The position numbers and the translations under genes were made by a program. 64,000 nucleotides of DNA from Bacillota bacterium (GTDB lineage: Bacteria > Bacillota > Clostridia > Christensenellales > UBA1431). Location of the stretch: positions 3,663 through 67,662 of the forward strand of contig JBMOLJ010000062.1 of assembly GCA_049324235.1 (NCBI GenBank), in the 5' to 3' direction. The notes under the pieces were generated by a model. The model was not told where the DNA came from. It saw only the letters and a list, made by a program, of their open reading frames with translations, and ran no database searches. The first letter of the stretch is position 1; every line of letters starts with the position of its first letter. Of this stretch, positions 38,192 through 48,519 are shown in pieces.

Positions 38192-39520
38192 TTACTTCTT
38201 ACCAAGCCTTAGTTTGAACCTTCTAAGCGCATATGATACACATTTTTTTAGGAATCTCAGGGGGCTATTGATTAGGTTTTTCAACAAAATATTTGTTTTT
38301 TTATGCTTTATCATTTGTTCTATTCTGTTTGCATCAGTCTCTAAATAAAACTTCCTCGAATAGTCAAGCCTTTTGGCTAAACCGGCCCGTGTCTTTTTAT
38401 CTGCTTTTTGATACGCAACATCTTCGAAACACGCCGAGTTATAAGGCAGCATCCAATTTTTTTCACCGCAGATATCCCGAGCCGTAAAAAACTTCGTTTT
38501 ATGCCTGTTGTCTACAGTCTGGCCTTTCATTATCATTTCGGCTGGGATTTCTTCAACAGCAATGGCGCCATCCCTGGCCGCATCCTCGATAAGCGCTTTT
38601 CCTTCCTCCGTTCTGGCAATTACGACAGAAAACCCTTTCTTCATGTCATCACGGGAAATCCCCCAGGGGTCGCCCACGACAATATCGCTGAATACATTCA
38701 CCTGGTCGGAGCATAGGATACAACGATACTCTTCGTATATGGGTTTTAAAGCAAGCCGCCTGCTTTTATCGAGCTTATATACATTTTTGTTTGAATAAAT
38801 GCCTACATTCCCAGGCCAGCCTCCTACCCGCTTGTCTCTGAATCTGAACTGTACTAAATCTTCACGCAAATCATACTTTGATTGTTCAATCAGGTCGTCT
38901 ATCAATCGTCCGCTGTTCTGTCCGGCACAGAATAGGCCGATGGTATATAAAGGCAATTGGATATCGGGATACTTTTGCTTTATCCGTGCTAAGCTTTCCG
39001 CCTGGCATCCCAAAACAACAGCCGCCGTCCTTTTATCCGTATGGGAAAGGATCGTTTCGGCTACAGCCGACTGTGCATAATATGAACCGCAGCCTTCGAT
39101 GATGGATTCCTTTGATGTCGCAAGCACCGCCTGCGGCCTTTTTGTTGCCGCATCAAATTTGTTGACCACAGCGCCATCGATAGCTTTTTTTTCGAGAAGA
39201 TAACATAACAACGCCGTTACGATACCGCCGCTCTGGGATTTCTGCCTGATCTCTTCATCCGTTGCATGTCCGATATATGCGCCAAGGCATTGGCCGTGGA
39301 AAAGGTCAATCTTTTCATCCTGAAGCGTAACCTGCGGATTGCTGGGACAGACCGCATAGCATTTGCCACAGTTGACGCATTTTTCTTTATCGAGTACAGC
39401 GGTCAAATACCCCGCAGGATTATGCGTCATCGTGATTGCTTTTTTCGGGCATATACCGGCACATGCGCCACACGCGGTACACAGCGCGTTTTCTGGAATA
39501 TGTCCAATATTCTCTCGCAT
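38192..39520 (-). CDS. Coenzyme F420 hydrogenase/dehydrogenase beta-subunit-like (FrhB-like) Fe-S protein
   Basis: Two N-terminal 4Fe-4S motifs (CTACGACAGICP, CVNCGKCYAVCP) plus an FrhB-like C-domain. This is the usual partner of polysaccharide pyruvyl transferases. Confidence 0.8.
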   Translation of the reverse strand: MRENIGHIPENALCTACGACAGICPKKAITMTHNPAGYLTAVLDKEKCVNCGKCYAVCPSNPQVTLQDEKIDLFHGQCLGAYIGHATDEEIRQKSQSGGIVTALLCYLLEKKAIDGAVVNKFDAATKRPQAVLATSKESIIEGCGSYYAQSAVAETILSHTDKRTAAVVLGCQAESLARIKQKYPDIQLPLYTIGLFCAGQNSGRLIDDLIEQSKYDLREDLVQFRFRDKRVGGWPGNVGIYSNKNVYKLDKSRRLALKPIYEEYRCILCSDQVNVFSDIVVGDPWGISRDDMKKGFSVVIARTEEGKALIEDAARDGAIAVEEIPAEMIMKGQTVDNRHKTKFFTARDICGEKNWMLPYNSACFEDVAYQKADKKTRAGLAKRLDYSRKFYLETDANRIEQMIKHKKTNILLKNLINSPLRFLKKCVSYALRRFKLRLGKK

Positions 39521-39537
39521 GTCAACTACCTCTTCAT

Positions 39538-40716
39538 CTATTTTGAAAACATCACTTTTCCTGATTCAAGCAATGCGTCCCATACCTGGGGAAGCTTTGC
39601 TTTTATAACCTCACGCTCATTATTATGATTGTCCCAGAACGATTTAAACATTTCTATGAGCCGTTCGGATGAACAGTTATTGTTCGATATTATCCATTGA
39701 TCCTGCCCATACCAATGGAGAAGCTCATCATATTTGTAATGCCAGCCCACAATCAATGTCGGAACGCCTGATGAGAGCGACGCGACGCAGGCATGGTACC
39801 TGCTCCCGATAAAAGCCTCACTCCCGGCGATCAATGACTTGATCTGCGTACTGCTCATGTTTTTCACATCGGCAATGGCTACCCTTTCCGAATGATCGAA
39901 CCGCTCATGAATGTCATTTGCAACATGGATGTCGTTATAATCGTTCGTTTCAACTATTTCATTGGGGATCAATTCAACGCTTAAGTCCGTCGTTTCTAAA
40001 ATATATCTTATCAGTTTATCCATGCATTCGATATACGTTTCGTCCGAGCGCCATTGGTTAATGATCTGATAGCTTACGGATATTCCGATAAATTGCCTAT
40101 TGACCGGTGTATCGTATGGCATCATATTCGCCAGATCCGGCGACGTAAGCACATTACGTACCCCGGCGTTTTGCATCTGCGTTTTACTTTCATTCTCCCT
40201 GGCGTACATGATATCAAAAATATGCTTTGCCGCGTATCTGGCCTGGATTTTCAAGCCTTTGGAAAGAATCGGCCCGTAGCTTGCCGGACACTTAACCGTT
40301 TTTCTTTTATATAATCTGGCAAGAAAGCTCACTGAGAATTTCCCGATAACGGATTTAATAGCTTTAAAACGGCCTATTTTCTTCGGAAAAAAATGTTCGC
40401 AAAAACATATGCCAAACAGGTCCGCAACAATGTCGGCAGTCTTAATATGATCCAGGAACATTAAACATCTCTCATTCTTAGGCCTTATTCCAAACTTGTA
40501 TTTCAAACCGTCAAGCAAAAGCCTTGCACCCTTATACGGCATCTGATATACGGGTATATCCATGTCGCTGACCGCTATTTCTTTAATCTTCGTAGGTTGA
40601 TAGCATATGATATCCGCGTCCTCATCCAGCTTCCTGATAAGCTGTCTCACCCCGTGTATTAATGAGGGTCCGCCAAAATTATCCTCGGTCATGACACCGT
40701 ACAATAATATTTTCAT
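39538..40716 (-). CDS. Polysaccharide pyruvyl transferase family protein
   Basis: NFGGPSLIHG N-terminus and IGSRYHACVASLSSGVPTL motif (PS_pyruv_trans). Confidence 0.85.
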   Translation of the reverse strand: MKILLYGVMTEDNFGGPSLIHGVRQLIRKLDEDADIICYQPTKIKEIAVSDMDIPVYQMPYKGARLLLDGLKYKFGIRPKNERCLMFLDHIKTADIVADLFGICFCEHFFPKKIGRFKAIKSVIGKFSVSFLARLYKRKTVKCPASYGPILSKGLKIQARYAAKHIFDIMYARENESKTQMQNAGVRNVLTSPDLANMMPYDTPVNRQFIGISVSYQIINQWRSDETYIECMDKLIRYILETTDLSVELIPNEIVETNDYNDIHVANDIHERFDHSERVAIADVKNMSSTQIKSLIAGSEAFIGSRYHACVASLSSGVPTLIVGWHYKYDELLHWYGQDQWIISNNNCSSERLIEMFKSFWDNHNNEREVIKAKLPQVWDALLESGKVMFSK

Positions 40717-40743
40717 CCTATCCGCCTCTCTTACATTCTTATG

Positions 40744-42240
40744 TTAAGAGTTCAAGACTCTCCATTTTGTTTTGATAAATTTCAGATTCATGATAACGTA
40801 AATTACTCCCCATAACAATCCCAATAGTACAGACTCCAGGATCTCACCCGTATAAACTTCGATATGGAGCAAATTTTTTAGCACCATAAAAATCGCGCCA
40901 AAAACTGCATTCATGAGTGTAATGAACAGGATATCCTTCCATGGAAATATCTTTTTCATCGGTATTGATATTTGCTTGGACGTTGACATAAGGAGCTGCC
41001 AGGCGCTTGCAAATGTTGCAACCAGCGTTGCAATGGCCGGGCCGATAAATCCAAAAGTATAATAGAATACAATGCTCAATATCAGGTTCAATACCAACGC
41101 AAATATGGAGTTGTATAATATGACCTTCGTCTTTCCAATCGAGTTGAGAATCATACCATAATATGTGCATCTGAACATCAATACCAATGCATAAATCTGA
41201 AAAACCGGTGCACCGGCCAAGTATTTTTCTGAGTACAACAGCGACATAATTTCCGGAGCAAAAACAAACATTGCGGTAGAAATAAAACAGATGACTATAT
41301 ACGATAAGGATGTCGCATCACCCCACAAAGAAACTGCTTCTTCTTTACAGTCCTTTTTCAGGAGTACGACAAGATGAGGCAAAAGCACCGCGGTCAGTGA
41401 CGACGCAATCATGGTAACAGGTATTTCCCTTGCGGCATTGGCAAATATGGCAAGCTGCTCTGTATTAAAAAACCTCGCAATGACCAGTGTATCGCATTGT
41501 CTTTTGAGGGTGCCCACGACCGATGCAAGACCGATGGGTATGGAGAATACAAAAATCTTTTTTATGACATTCTCATCAACAATGAATCTGATTTTCCCTG
41601 CTACATTCTTAACCACGATATATACGGTAAGCGCAAAGGCCGCTTGCCCACAAAGATACACAATCATATAAGCGTAGAAATCCATGCGCAGTATCTGTAC
41701 GCCTATAATTGACAATAAGATAAAGACACTGTTTGCGATTTTGAAAATCATTAGACGTGATGTTTTCTTATATACGATCAGCATATTGTCAATGCTGGCC
41801 AGAATAATGTTCGTCCAGGGGAAAACAGCAAGAAAATACCAGAAGCCTGTCAATATCGGATTATTAAAATAGCTGGCGATCAAAGGTGTCGCACAAACCA
41901 GTACCAGGCCAGTAAAAACGCTTAGCATCGTACTAAGCGTATAATATATGGATACAAATCTCTGCTTTTCGTCAGAAGTTTCAGCCCTGGCCAGAAAATA
42001 ATTGATACTGTTGGGGAGACCAAGCATGAAAATTGTAGTAAAAACATTGATAACGATCAGCAGCTGGGAATACGTCCCGTATTCCTCCAGAGTACGGAAC
42101 CGCGATAATAGCATCGCCGCTACCAATGCGATCGTGGTTGTGATTATTTGAGAGATTGACAGTTTCAGGCTATCTGTGCCAATGGATCTTTTCAAACAAT
42201 ACGCTCCCTTCTCAGCGACCGTCAATTCATGACTTGCCAC
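40744..42240 (-). CDS. Oligosaccharide flippase (Wzx, MOP superfamily)
   Basis: 498 aa with about 14 TM segments and the polysaccharide-biosynthesis-protein pattern. AT-rich codon usage. Confidence 0.85.
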   Translation of the reverse strand: MASHELTVAEKGAYCLKRSIGTDSLKLSISQIITTTIALVAAMLLSRFRTLEEYGTYSQLLIVINVFTTIFMLGLPNSINYFLARAETSDEKQRFVSIYYTLSTMLSVFTGLVLVCATPLIASYFNNPILTGFWYFLAVFPWTNIILASIDNMLIVYKKTSRLMIFKIANSVFILLSIIGVQILRMDFYAYMIVYLCGQAAFALTVYIVVKNVAGKIRFIVDENVIKKIFVFSIPIGLASVVGTLKRQCDTLVIARFFNTEQLAIFANAAREIPVTMIASSLTAVLLPHLVVLLKKDCKEEAVSLWGDATSLSYIVICFISTAMFVFAPEIMSLLYSEKYLAGAPVFQIYALVLMFRCTYYGMILNSIGKTKVILYNSIFALVLNLILSIVFYYTFGFIGPAIATLVATFASAWQLLMSTSKQISIPMKKIFPWKDILFITLMNAVFGAIFMVLKNLLHIEVYTGEILESVLLGLLWGVIYVIMNLKFIKTKWRVLNS

Positions 42241-43363
42241 CGATGTACGTATTGATATGGGTACAAACCTGTTCTATGTCTTCCATACTCAGATATGGAT
42301 GGATAGGAAGCGATAAGACACGCTCGGAAAGCGTTTCCGAAACGGGGAAATCGCCGATGCCATATCCGAGGGATTCAAACGCCGTTTGCAAATGCATGGG
42401 CTTGTGGTAATACACCATCGATGGCACACCGTTTTCCTTGAGATACGCCTGCAGCCCGTCCCGCTGCTCTTTCCCTGAAAGCGTTATCGTATACTGCGCC
42501 CAGCTTGAATAATATCCATCCGGTATAACAGGTGTTTTGACGACGTCCTTAAGGTTCCTTGTGTACGCTTGCGCCGCTTCATTCACCTTGTCCATCTCGT
42601 ATTCTTTGAATGCTTCGAGCTTTATCTGCAGCACAGCCGCTTGTATCGTGTCCAGGCGGGAATTCATGCCGATCCTGACATTGTCGTATTTGTCCGACCC
42701 TTTGCCGTGCAGCCTGAACGAGTTCATGGCATCCGCCCACGCATCATTGTCGGTAAAGACGGCGCCGCCGTCGCCGTAACAGCCCAAAGGCTTTGCCGGG
42801 AAAAACGATGTAGTGGAAATATCGCCGAAGCTGCAGTTTTTCTTCCCGTTGATGCTCCCGCCGAATCCCTGCGCACCGTCCTCCAGGATAAGGATGCCGT
42901 ACTTCTTAGCTATCTTCTTGATTTCAGGATAGTTTGCCGGCAGCCCGAACAAATCAACCGGGATAACGGCTTTGGGAGCCAGCCGTCCTTCTGCGATCAC
43001 TTTCTCTACGCTTTCTTCCAGCATAACGGTATTGATATTGAAGGTGTCCGCATCAATATCGACAAAGACCGGCGTGGCGCCCGCGAAGGATACGACTTCC
43101 GCCGAGGCGAAAAAAGTGAAATCGGGCACGAACACGGCGTCACCCTTGCCAATATCCCAGGCCATCAAGGCGAGCGTCAGCGCATCCGTTCCATTTGCAC
43201 AGCTGATGCAATGCCTCACCCCTACGTATTCGGCAAGAGCTGCTTCAAGGTCTTTTACCTGTTTGCCCATAATAAACGCGCTCGAGGCTGCAACCTCCAG
43301 TATGGCGCTGTCGATCTTTTCTTTTAAAACCTGGTATTGTTTTTTTAAATCTCTGAATTGCAT
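42227..43363 (-). CDS. DegT/DnrJ/EryC1-family PLP aminotransferase (WbpE-like)
   Basis: MQFRDLKKQY..., GDISTTSFFPAKPLG (PLP lysine region). ATG at 43363 is preferred over GTG at 43372. Confidence 0.88.
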   Translation of the reverse strand: MQFRDLKKQYQVLKEKIDSAILEVAASSAFIMGKQVKDLEAALAEYVGVRHCISCANGTDALTLALMAWDIGKGDAVFVPDFTFFASAEVVSFAGATPVFVDIDADTFNINTVMLEESVEKVIAEGRLAPKAVIPVDLFGLPANYPEIKKIAKKYGILILEDGAQGFGGSINGKKNCSFGDISTTSFFPAKPLGCYGDGGAVFTDNDAWADAMNSFRLHGKGSDKYDNVRIGMNSRLDTIQAAVLQIKLEAFKEYEMDKVNEAAQAYTRNLKDVVKTPVIPDGYYSSWAQYTITLSGKEQRDGLQAYLKENGVPSMVYYHKPMHLQTAFESLGYGIGDFPVSETLSERVLSLPIHPYLSMEDIEQVCTHINTYIGGKS

Positions 43364-43364
43364 T

Positions 43365-43928
43365 TTATACACTCTCTTTCAATCCGCCGTCATATTCCTC
43401 ATACGCTCTGCCGCAATGGCTACATTTTAAATCACCCTGCAGTTTTTCGCCGCATTCGCAGGCCCAGCCGATCTGTCTCGCCGGAACGCCCGCCACTATC
43501 GCATGATCCTTAACGTCTTTCGTAACCACCGCGCCCGCCGCAACAAACGCGCATCTTCCAATCGTTTTGCCGCATACGATGGTGGCGTTGGCTCCCAGGG
43601 AAGCGCCCCATTTGACAAGAGTTTTGAGGTATCCGGCGCTGCCTTTGGGATATTTTGAACGGGGCGTCAGGTCATTGGTAAACACAACGGAAGGACCGCA
43701 GAAAACATAGTCCTCCAGTTCGACGCCTTCATACACCGATATGTTGTTCTGGATCTTCACGCCGTTGCCTATCTTCACATTGTTCGATACATTGACGTTT
43801 TGCCCGAGGGAACAGTTTTCTCCGATTACCGCGCCCTTCTGGATATGGCAGAAAAACCAGATTTTCGTTCCGTCGCCAATCGTAACGCCGTCATCAATGT
43901 AGCTGCTTTCATGCACAAAATAACTCAT
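43365..43928 (-). CDS. Left-handed beta-helix N-acetyltransferase (WbpD-like)
   Basis: Hexapeptide repeats ([29 protein letters not shown]) and a C-terminal CxxC..CxxC tail. Confidence 0.85.
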   Translation of the reverse strand: MSYFVHESSYIDDGVTIGDGTKIWFFCHIQKGAVIGENCSLGQNVNVSNNVKIGNGVKIQNNISVYEGVELEDYVFCGPSVVFTNDLTPRSKYPKGSAGYLKTLVKWGASLGANATIVCGKTIGRCAFVAAGAVVTKDVKDHAIVAGVPARQIGWACECGEKLQGDLKCSHCGRAYEEYDGGLKESV

Positions 43929-45008
43929 CTATCTGAACCTTCCTTTAAAGTCCGAGGTAGCGCATTTAGTCAAAGGCAGCTTTACGCTTGTTCCTTCAAA
44001 TGCCGACTTGTAAATCGCCAGCACAAGCTCCAGCGCGCGCCGCCCGTCTTCGGCCGTAATATACGGCTCCCTGCCGTTTTCGAGCGCGCCGATCACATCG
44101 GCGTACAGGGGGTTGTGGGCATAACCGGGCACATTTGGCGGATTCTCGTGATATTTTGCCTTTATTTCGTCAGGGTCGTCCAGCCCGTCGGCAAAACGCC
44201 ATTCCTCGATGATGTTCACCGATTTGCCGCTGGCCTTGACCGTGCCCTTCTCCCCGAATATATACAGGGTTTCTTCCAGGTTCCTCGGATACACATTCGT
44301 AGTACCCTCAATCAAACCATAGCTGCCGTTTGCGAATTTTATCATTGCAATCCCCAGATCTTCCGATTCGATATATTCGTGGTTCAAATTGTCCACAATA
44401 CCCGTCACTTCCGTGATCTCGTTCCCCATCATCCAACGCAGAAGGTCGATATTGTGGATGCACTGGTTCATCAGAGCGCCGCCGTCATGCTCCCAGGTCC
44501 CGCGCCAGGGCGCCTGCGTGTAATACTGCGGGCCGCGGTTCCACCGGATATTGGCAACCCCGTGGAACAGCCTGCCGAAGCGTCCCGCTTCGATTGCTTC
44601 CCTGATTTTTTGTATGGACCTGTTAAAGCGGTTCTGGTGGCAGGCGCAGACCTTGACCCGCTTTTCCTTTGCCCTTGCGATAATCGCGTCGGCATCTTCT
44701 AATGACAGGGCGAGTGGCTTTTCAACGATCACGCTGCAGCCTCTTTCAATACAGTCCAGAGCGATTCTTGCGTGGCTCCCGCTCGATGTCGCAACGGTCA
44801 CAAGGTCGATTTGCTCATGATCAAACATCACATTGTAATCATGATACGTTTTTACCCGGCCTGTCAAATCGAATCTGTTAAGCTTATCCTCAATGTTGGC
44901 CGGGGAAATATCGCATAAGGCAACCAGGTCCAAGCGGTTGTCCAGTGCAGCGGCTATATGATTGACCGATATATTCCCGCATCCGATGATGGCAAGTTTT
45001 ATACGCAT
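43929..45008 (-). CDS. Gfo/Idh/MocA-family NAD oxidoreductase (WbpB-like)
   Basis: N-terminal Rossmann motif LAIIGCGNIS and an EKP motif (VIVEKPLA). Confidence 0.85.
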   Translation of the reverse strand: MRIKLAIIGCGNISVNHIAAALDNRLDLVALCDISPANIEDKLNRFDLTGRVKTYHDYNVMFDHEQIDLVTVATSSGSHARIALDCIERGCSVIVEKPLALSLEDADAIIARAKEKRVKVCACHQNRFNRSIQKIREAIEAGRFGRLFHGVANIRWNRGPQYYTQAPWRGTWEHDGGALMNQCIHNIDLLRWMMGNEITEVTGIVDNLNHEYIESEDLGIAMIKFANGSYGLIEGTTNVYPRNLEETLYIFGEKGTVKASGKSVNIIEEWRFADGLDDPDEIKAKYHENPPNVPGYAHNPLYADVIGALENGREPYITAEDGRRALELVLAIYKSAFEGTSVKLPLTKCATSDFKGRFR

Positions 45009-45020
45009 TGCTTCCCCCTT

Positions 45021-46328
45021 TTACAACAGCTCTATGTTCGCCTTGTTTTGAACATCTTTCATCGCATTCTTGGTATCGAGAATAACCGCCGCATGCCGCC
45101 CGACAAATTCATAATCGATATTCGTATGCGCGGTCGCAATAAAAACCAGGTCGGCGGATTCAAGCAGCCCGGCAGTAAGCTCGGGTTCCCCTTTCACAGT
45201 TTTCCCATGTTTGCGGTATTCAGGAACGAACGGATCGAAATATTTGACCTCGGCCCCTGTTTTATGGAGTTCTTCAATGACCCTGAGCGCCGGGCTTTCC
45301 CTGTAATCGTCTATGTCCTGCTTATACGCTACGCCCAGAACCAGTACCGTCGATCCGTTCAGCGCCTTTTTAAAGCGGTTCAGTATCTTTGCCGCCCTCT
45401 CCACACAGTATTCCGGCATCCTGTCGTTGATCATCATGGAAGCCTCTATCATTGACGTGTGGAAGCCATATTCACGCGCTTTCCAGGACAGATAATACGG
45501 GTCTAGCGGGATGCAATGCCCGCCAAGGCCCGGCCCGGGATAGAAGGCCTGGAAACCGTACGGCTTTGACTTTGCGGCATCGATGACCTCCCATATGTTG
45601 ATTCCCATTTTATTACACAGGATCGCCAGTTCATTTACAAGGCCAATGTTGATATTCCTGTACACGTTTTCCAGTATCTTTTCCATTTCGGCAACGGACG
45701 GGCTGGATACGCGGTGTATCGGCGCGGCCAGTATGCTCTCATACAGTGTCGCAGCTACTTCCGTGCACGCGGGCGTCACGCCGCCTACCACCTTGGGCGT
45801 GTTTTTGGTCTTGTATAACAGGTTGCCAGGGTCAACACGCTCGGGAGAAAAGGCCAGATAAAAATCTTCACCGCACTTCAGGCCGGAGGTCTCAAGGATA
45901 GGCTTCAACAGATCCTCGGTGGTCCCCGGATATGTTGTGGATTCGAGTATGATCAGCATATCCTTATGCATATTGGGTACGATGCTTTGCGCGGAAGCCC
46001 TGACATAGCTGATATCCGGCTGCTGGTGGTCATCGAGCGGCGTCGGGACGCATATGCATACGCAGTCCGCCTGCGCTACCCTGGTAAAGTCGGTAGTGGC
46101 CGAAAGCAGCCCGGACCTTACGATCGCTTCCAGGTCCTCGTTGACCACGTCGCCAATATAATTCCGGCCCGCATTGACCATGTCCACTTTTTCTTTCTGC
46201 ACATCGAAACCGATCGTTTTATAGCCTGCCTTGGCTTTTTCCACGGCGAGCGGCAGGCCCACATAGCCCAGTCCGACCACACCGAGGGTCGCGGTTTTAT
46301 CTATAATTTTTTGTTTAAGATCACTCAT
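45021..46328 (-). CDS. UDP-N-acetyl-hexosamine 6-dehydrogenase (WbpA/WecC family)
   Basis: GVVGLGYVGLPLA Rossmann motif and the catalytic-Cys region GLGGHCIPLDP. 435 aa. Confidence 0.88.
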   Translation of the reverse strand: MSDLKQKIIDKTATLGVVGLGYVGLPLAVEKAKAGYKTIGFDVQKEKVDMVNAGRNYIGDVVNEDLEAIVRSGLLSATTDFTRVAQADCVCICVPTPLDDHQQPDISYVRASAQSIVPNMHKDMLIILESTTYPGTTEDLLKPILETSGLKCGEDFYLAFSPERVDPGNLLYKTKNTPKVVGGVTPACTEVAATLYESILAAPIHRVSSPSVAEMEKILENVYRNINIGLVNELAILCNKMGINIWEVIDAAKSKPYGFQAFYPGPGLGGHCIPLDPYYLSWKAREYGFHTSMIEASMMINDRMPEYCVERAAKILNRFKKALNGSTVLVLGVAYKQDIDDYRESPALRVIEELHKTGAEVKYFDPFVPEYRKHGKTVKGEPELTAGLLESADLVFIATAHTNIDYEFVGRHAAVILDTKNAMKDVQNKANIELL

Positions 46329-47428
46329 TGTATTTCGCCTCCATCTTCGATCGCTTGGGTGATATGCTCCGCTGCATGGCCGTTACCGAACGATAACGGC
46401 TGAGAAAACTTCAGACACTCAAGCGGTCTTGCGGCCTTTTGAACAATATCCGCGGCCTCGATCCCCGCAAGCACGTTCCATCCGTCTTCAAGCGTTTCCA
46501 CCCATTCCGTCTGATCCCGCAGGGTTGTACACGGTGTTTTCAGGAAATACGCTTCCTTTTGAAGCCCGCCCGAGTCGGTAAGCACCATATAGGCGTTCGC
46601 CGTAAGATACAGCATTAATAGGTAACCCACGGGTTCAATAATGATGATATTGTCGGTTGGCGCATTAAGTGTGCCGAGCAGTTTGCGCGTGCGCGGATGA
46701 AGAGGCAGCAGCACAGGTTTATCCAGTTCTGCAAAGGCCCTGATTATCGCGGACAGTTTGTTCGTCTCATCCGTATTCTCCGCCCGATGGATGGTTGCAA
46801 GGTAATAGTTTTTTTCGCTCAGATCAGGGATGTTTCCGTTTGCGCTGCGCAATTCGTCAAGCCAGGCATTGCCCGTATAACGTTGACGCGACAGCCCTAT
46901 ATTGCGCAGGACAGCATCGTACATGATGTCACCGGTGTTCTGTACGCCTTTTATGACGCCTTCTTTTTTGAGATTGTCTACCGCTGTTTGGGTAGGGCAG
47001 AAGAGCAGGCTGGATATGTGGTCTGTGAGAACCCTGTTCTGTTCTTCGGGCATGCGCATATTGTAGCTTCTCAGGCCCGCCTCGATGTGGAATACGGGGA
47101 TGTGGAGCTTGCTGGCGGCAAGCGCCCCGGCCAGCGTGGAATTCGTGTCGCCGTACACGAGTACGCCGTCCGGCTTTTCTTTCAGAAGCAGCTCCTCTAT
47201 CTTCTCCAGCATCCGCCCGGTCTGGGCGCCGTGACTGCCTGAGCCGACGCCTAAATTGTAATCCGGCTTTGGAATCTGCAGTTCATTAAAGAATACATCG
47301 GACATATTTGTGTCATAGTGCTGCCCCGTATGCACCAGGATTTCCTCGTTCCGCTGCCTGAATACCATTGAAAACGGCGCCGCCTTGATGAACTGAGGAC
47401 GGGCACCGACTACTGTCAGGATTTTCAT
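46325..47428 (-). CDS. UDP-N-acetylglucosamine (or -glucosaminuronate) 2-epimerase, non-hydrolysing (WecB/WbpI family)
   Basis: MKILTVVGARPQFIKAAP...HTGQHYD...DSGGLQKEA motifs. Confidence 0.9.
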   Translation of the reverse strand: MKILTVVGARPQFIKAAPFSMVFRQRNEEILVHTGQHYDTNMSDVFFNELQIPKPDYNLGVGSGSHGAQTGRMLEKIEELLLKEKPDGVLVYGDTNSTLAGALAASKLHIPVFHIEAGLRSYNMRMPEEQNRVLTDHISSLLFCPTQTAVDNLKKEGVIKGVQNTGDIMYDAVLRNIGLSRQRYTGNAWLDELRSANGNIPDLSEKNYYLATIHRAENTDETNKLSAIIRAFAELDKPVLLPLHPRTRKLLGTLNAPTDNIIIIEPVGYLLMLYLTANAYMVLTDSGGLQKEAYFLKTPCTTLRDQTEWVETLEDGWNVLAGIEAADIVQKAARPLECLKFSQPLSFGNGHAAEHITQAIEDGGEIQ

Positions 47429-47469
47429 TTGTTTTCCTTTTCTCGCATTAAAGTAATATCTAAAGATAG

Positions 47470-47497
47470 ATTATACCGCATATAAAGAATTAATCAA
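47470..47497 (-). promoter_or_regulatory. Candidate internal promoter for the epimerase-to-FrhB half of the polysaccharide locus
   Basis: Reverse strand reads TTGATT-16 nt-TATAAT, about 40 nt upstream of the epimerase start. Confidence 0.45.
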
Positions 47498-47753
47498 TCA
47501 TTTGTTTGGATAAGGTATCATAAATTTGCGCAATTTAGGGCAACACCGCACAGAAGCCAAACGGAAAATATGGTAGCGTAGTTAGTTTTGGCTTTCACTA
47601 AATAGCACGAATGGGAAGAGCAGTTTTGGCAAATTCAATATCAAAAATCCGAAAAAATTTTTCGACCAGTCGGAACAAAAAACTAGAGCGATATCATTTT
47701 GCGATGCAGTTTCATATAATAATCATAAAGCAATTATTTTTTTGGATTACATA

Positions 47754-47782
47754 TTGACATTCATCTATATGATAAATATACT
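47754..47782 (+). promoter_or_regulatory. ars promoter with flanking dyad
   Basis: TTGACA-17 nt-TATACT. It is bracketed by ACATTCAT (47757-64) and ATGAATGT (47801-08), with two GATAAATAT repeats, giving a plausible ArsR operator. Confidence 0.55.
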
Positions 47783-47800
47783 GCTAACATATCGATAAAT

Positions 47801-48148
47801 ATGAATGTGAGGTGCGCTGTGGACAATAAATATGTGAAGAATTCGGCAATGTTTAAGGCTTTATCCGATCCAAACCGATTAATTATTCTGGATAAAATTT
47901 CATGCTGTGAACACTGCGCTTGTACAATCTTGGAAGATCTACATATTGTACAATCAACCCTTTCTCACCATATGAAAGTATTATGTAGATCAGGTCTGGT
48001 GGATTCACGTCGTGAAGGCAAATGGATGTATTACTCATTAAATCTGGAGAATATCCAAAAAGCGATAGAGGTCTTGCATGAAATTCTATCAAAAAACGAA
48101 ACGGTCAATGCTACGGATTTTCTAATTGATTCTACAAATTTGCCATAG
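47801..48148 (+). CDS. arsR: ArsR/SmtB-family metalloregulator
   Basis: FKALSDPNRLIILDKISCCEHCACTILEDLHIVQSTLSHHMKVL has the HTH and a Cys cluster in the alpha3 position. The true start may be GTG at 47819, which has GAGGTG upstream. Confidence 0.85.
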   Translation: MNVRCAVDNKYVKNSAMFKALSDPNRLIILDKISCCEHCACTILEDLHIVQSTLSHHMKVLCRSGLVDSRREGKWMYYSLNLENIQKAIEVLHEILSKNETVNATDFLIDSTNLP

Positions 48149-48178
48149 CGTTCACAAAATTAAAAGGAGCTGCTGTAA

Positions 48179-48481
48179 GTGAAAAAAGTTGAAGTATTCG
48201 ATCCAGCTATATGCTGTAGCCCGGCCATCAACCCCGAGGAATTAAGGTTTACTGCTCTCGTCAGAACGCTCGAGGAAAAGGGGATGGAGATTATTCGTTA
48301 TAATTCATCCCGGGAGCCGCAGGTTTATATGGAAAACGAAGCCATAATGAGCCTATTGCAAACAGAGGGTATGGACGCATTGCCCGCAACCCTAGTTGAT
48401 GGCAAGGTCTTCAAGACAAAAGAATATCCGTCAAATGAGGAACTGTCCGTACTGCTTGGCGTCACCCTTCCGACGAAGTGA
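48179..48481 (+). CDS. arsD: ArsD-like arsenic metallochaperone (atypical cysteine content)
   Basis: MKKVEVFDPAICCS... has a thioredoxin-like ArsD fold with the Cys12-Cys13 pair. The TGVCG segment carrying Cys18 is absent. GTG start has AAAGGAG upstream. Confidence 0.8.
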   Translation: MKKVEVFDPAICCSPAINPEELRFTALVRTLEEKGMEIIRYNSSREPQVYMENEAIMSLLQTEGMDALPATLVDGKVFKTKEYPSNEELSVLLGVTLPTK

Positions 48482-48519
48482 CCGCTGGCTTAAGTAAAAT
48501 ACAGTCAGGAGCTATAAAA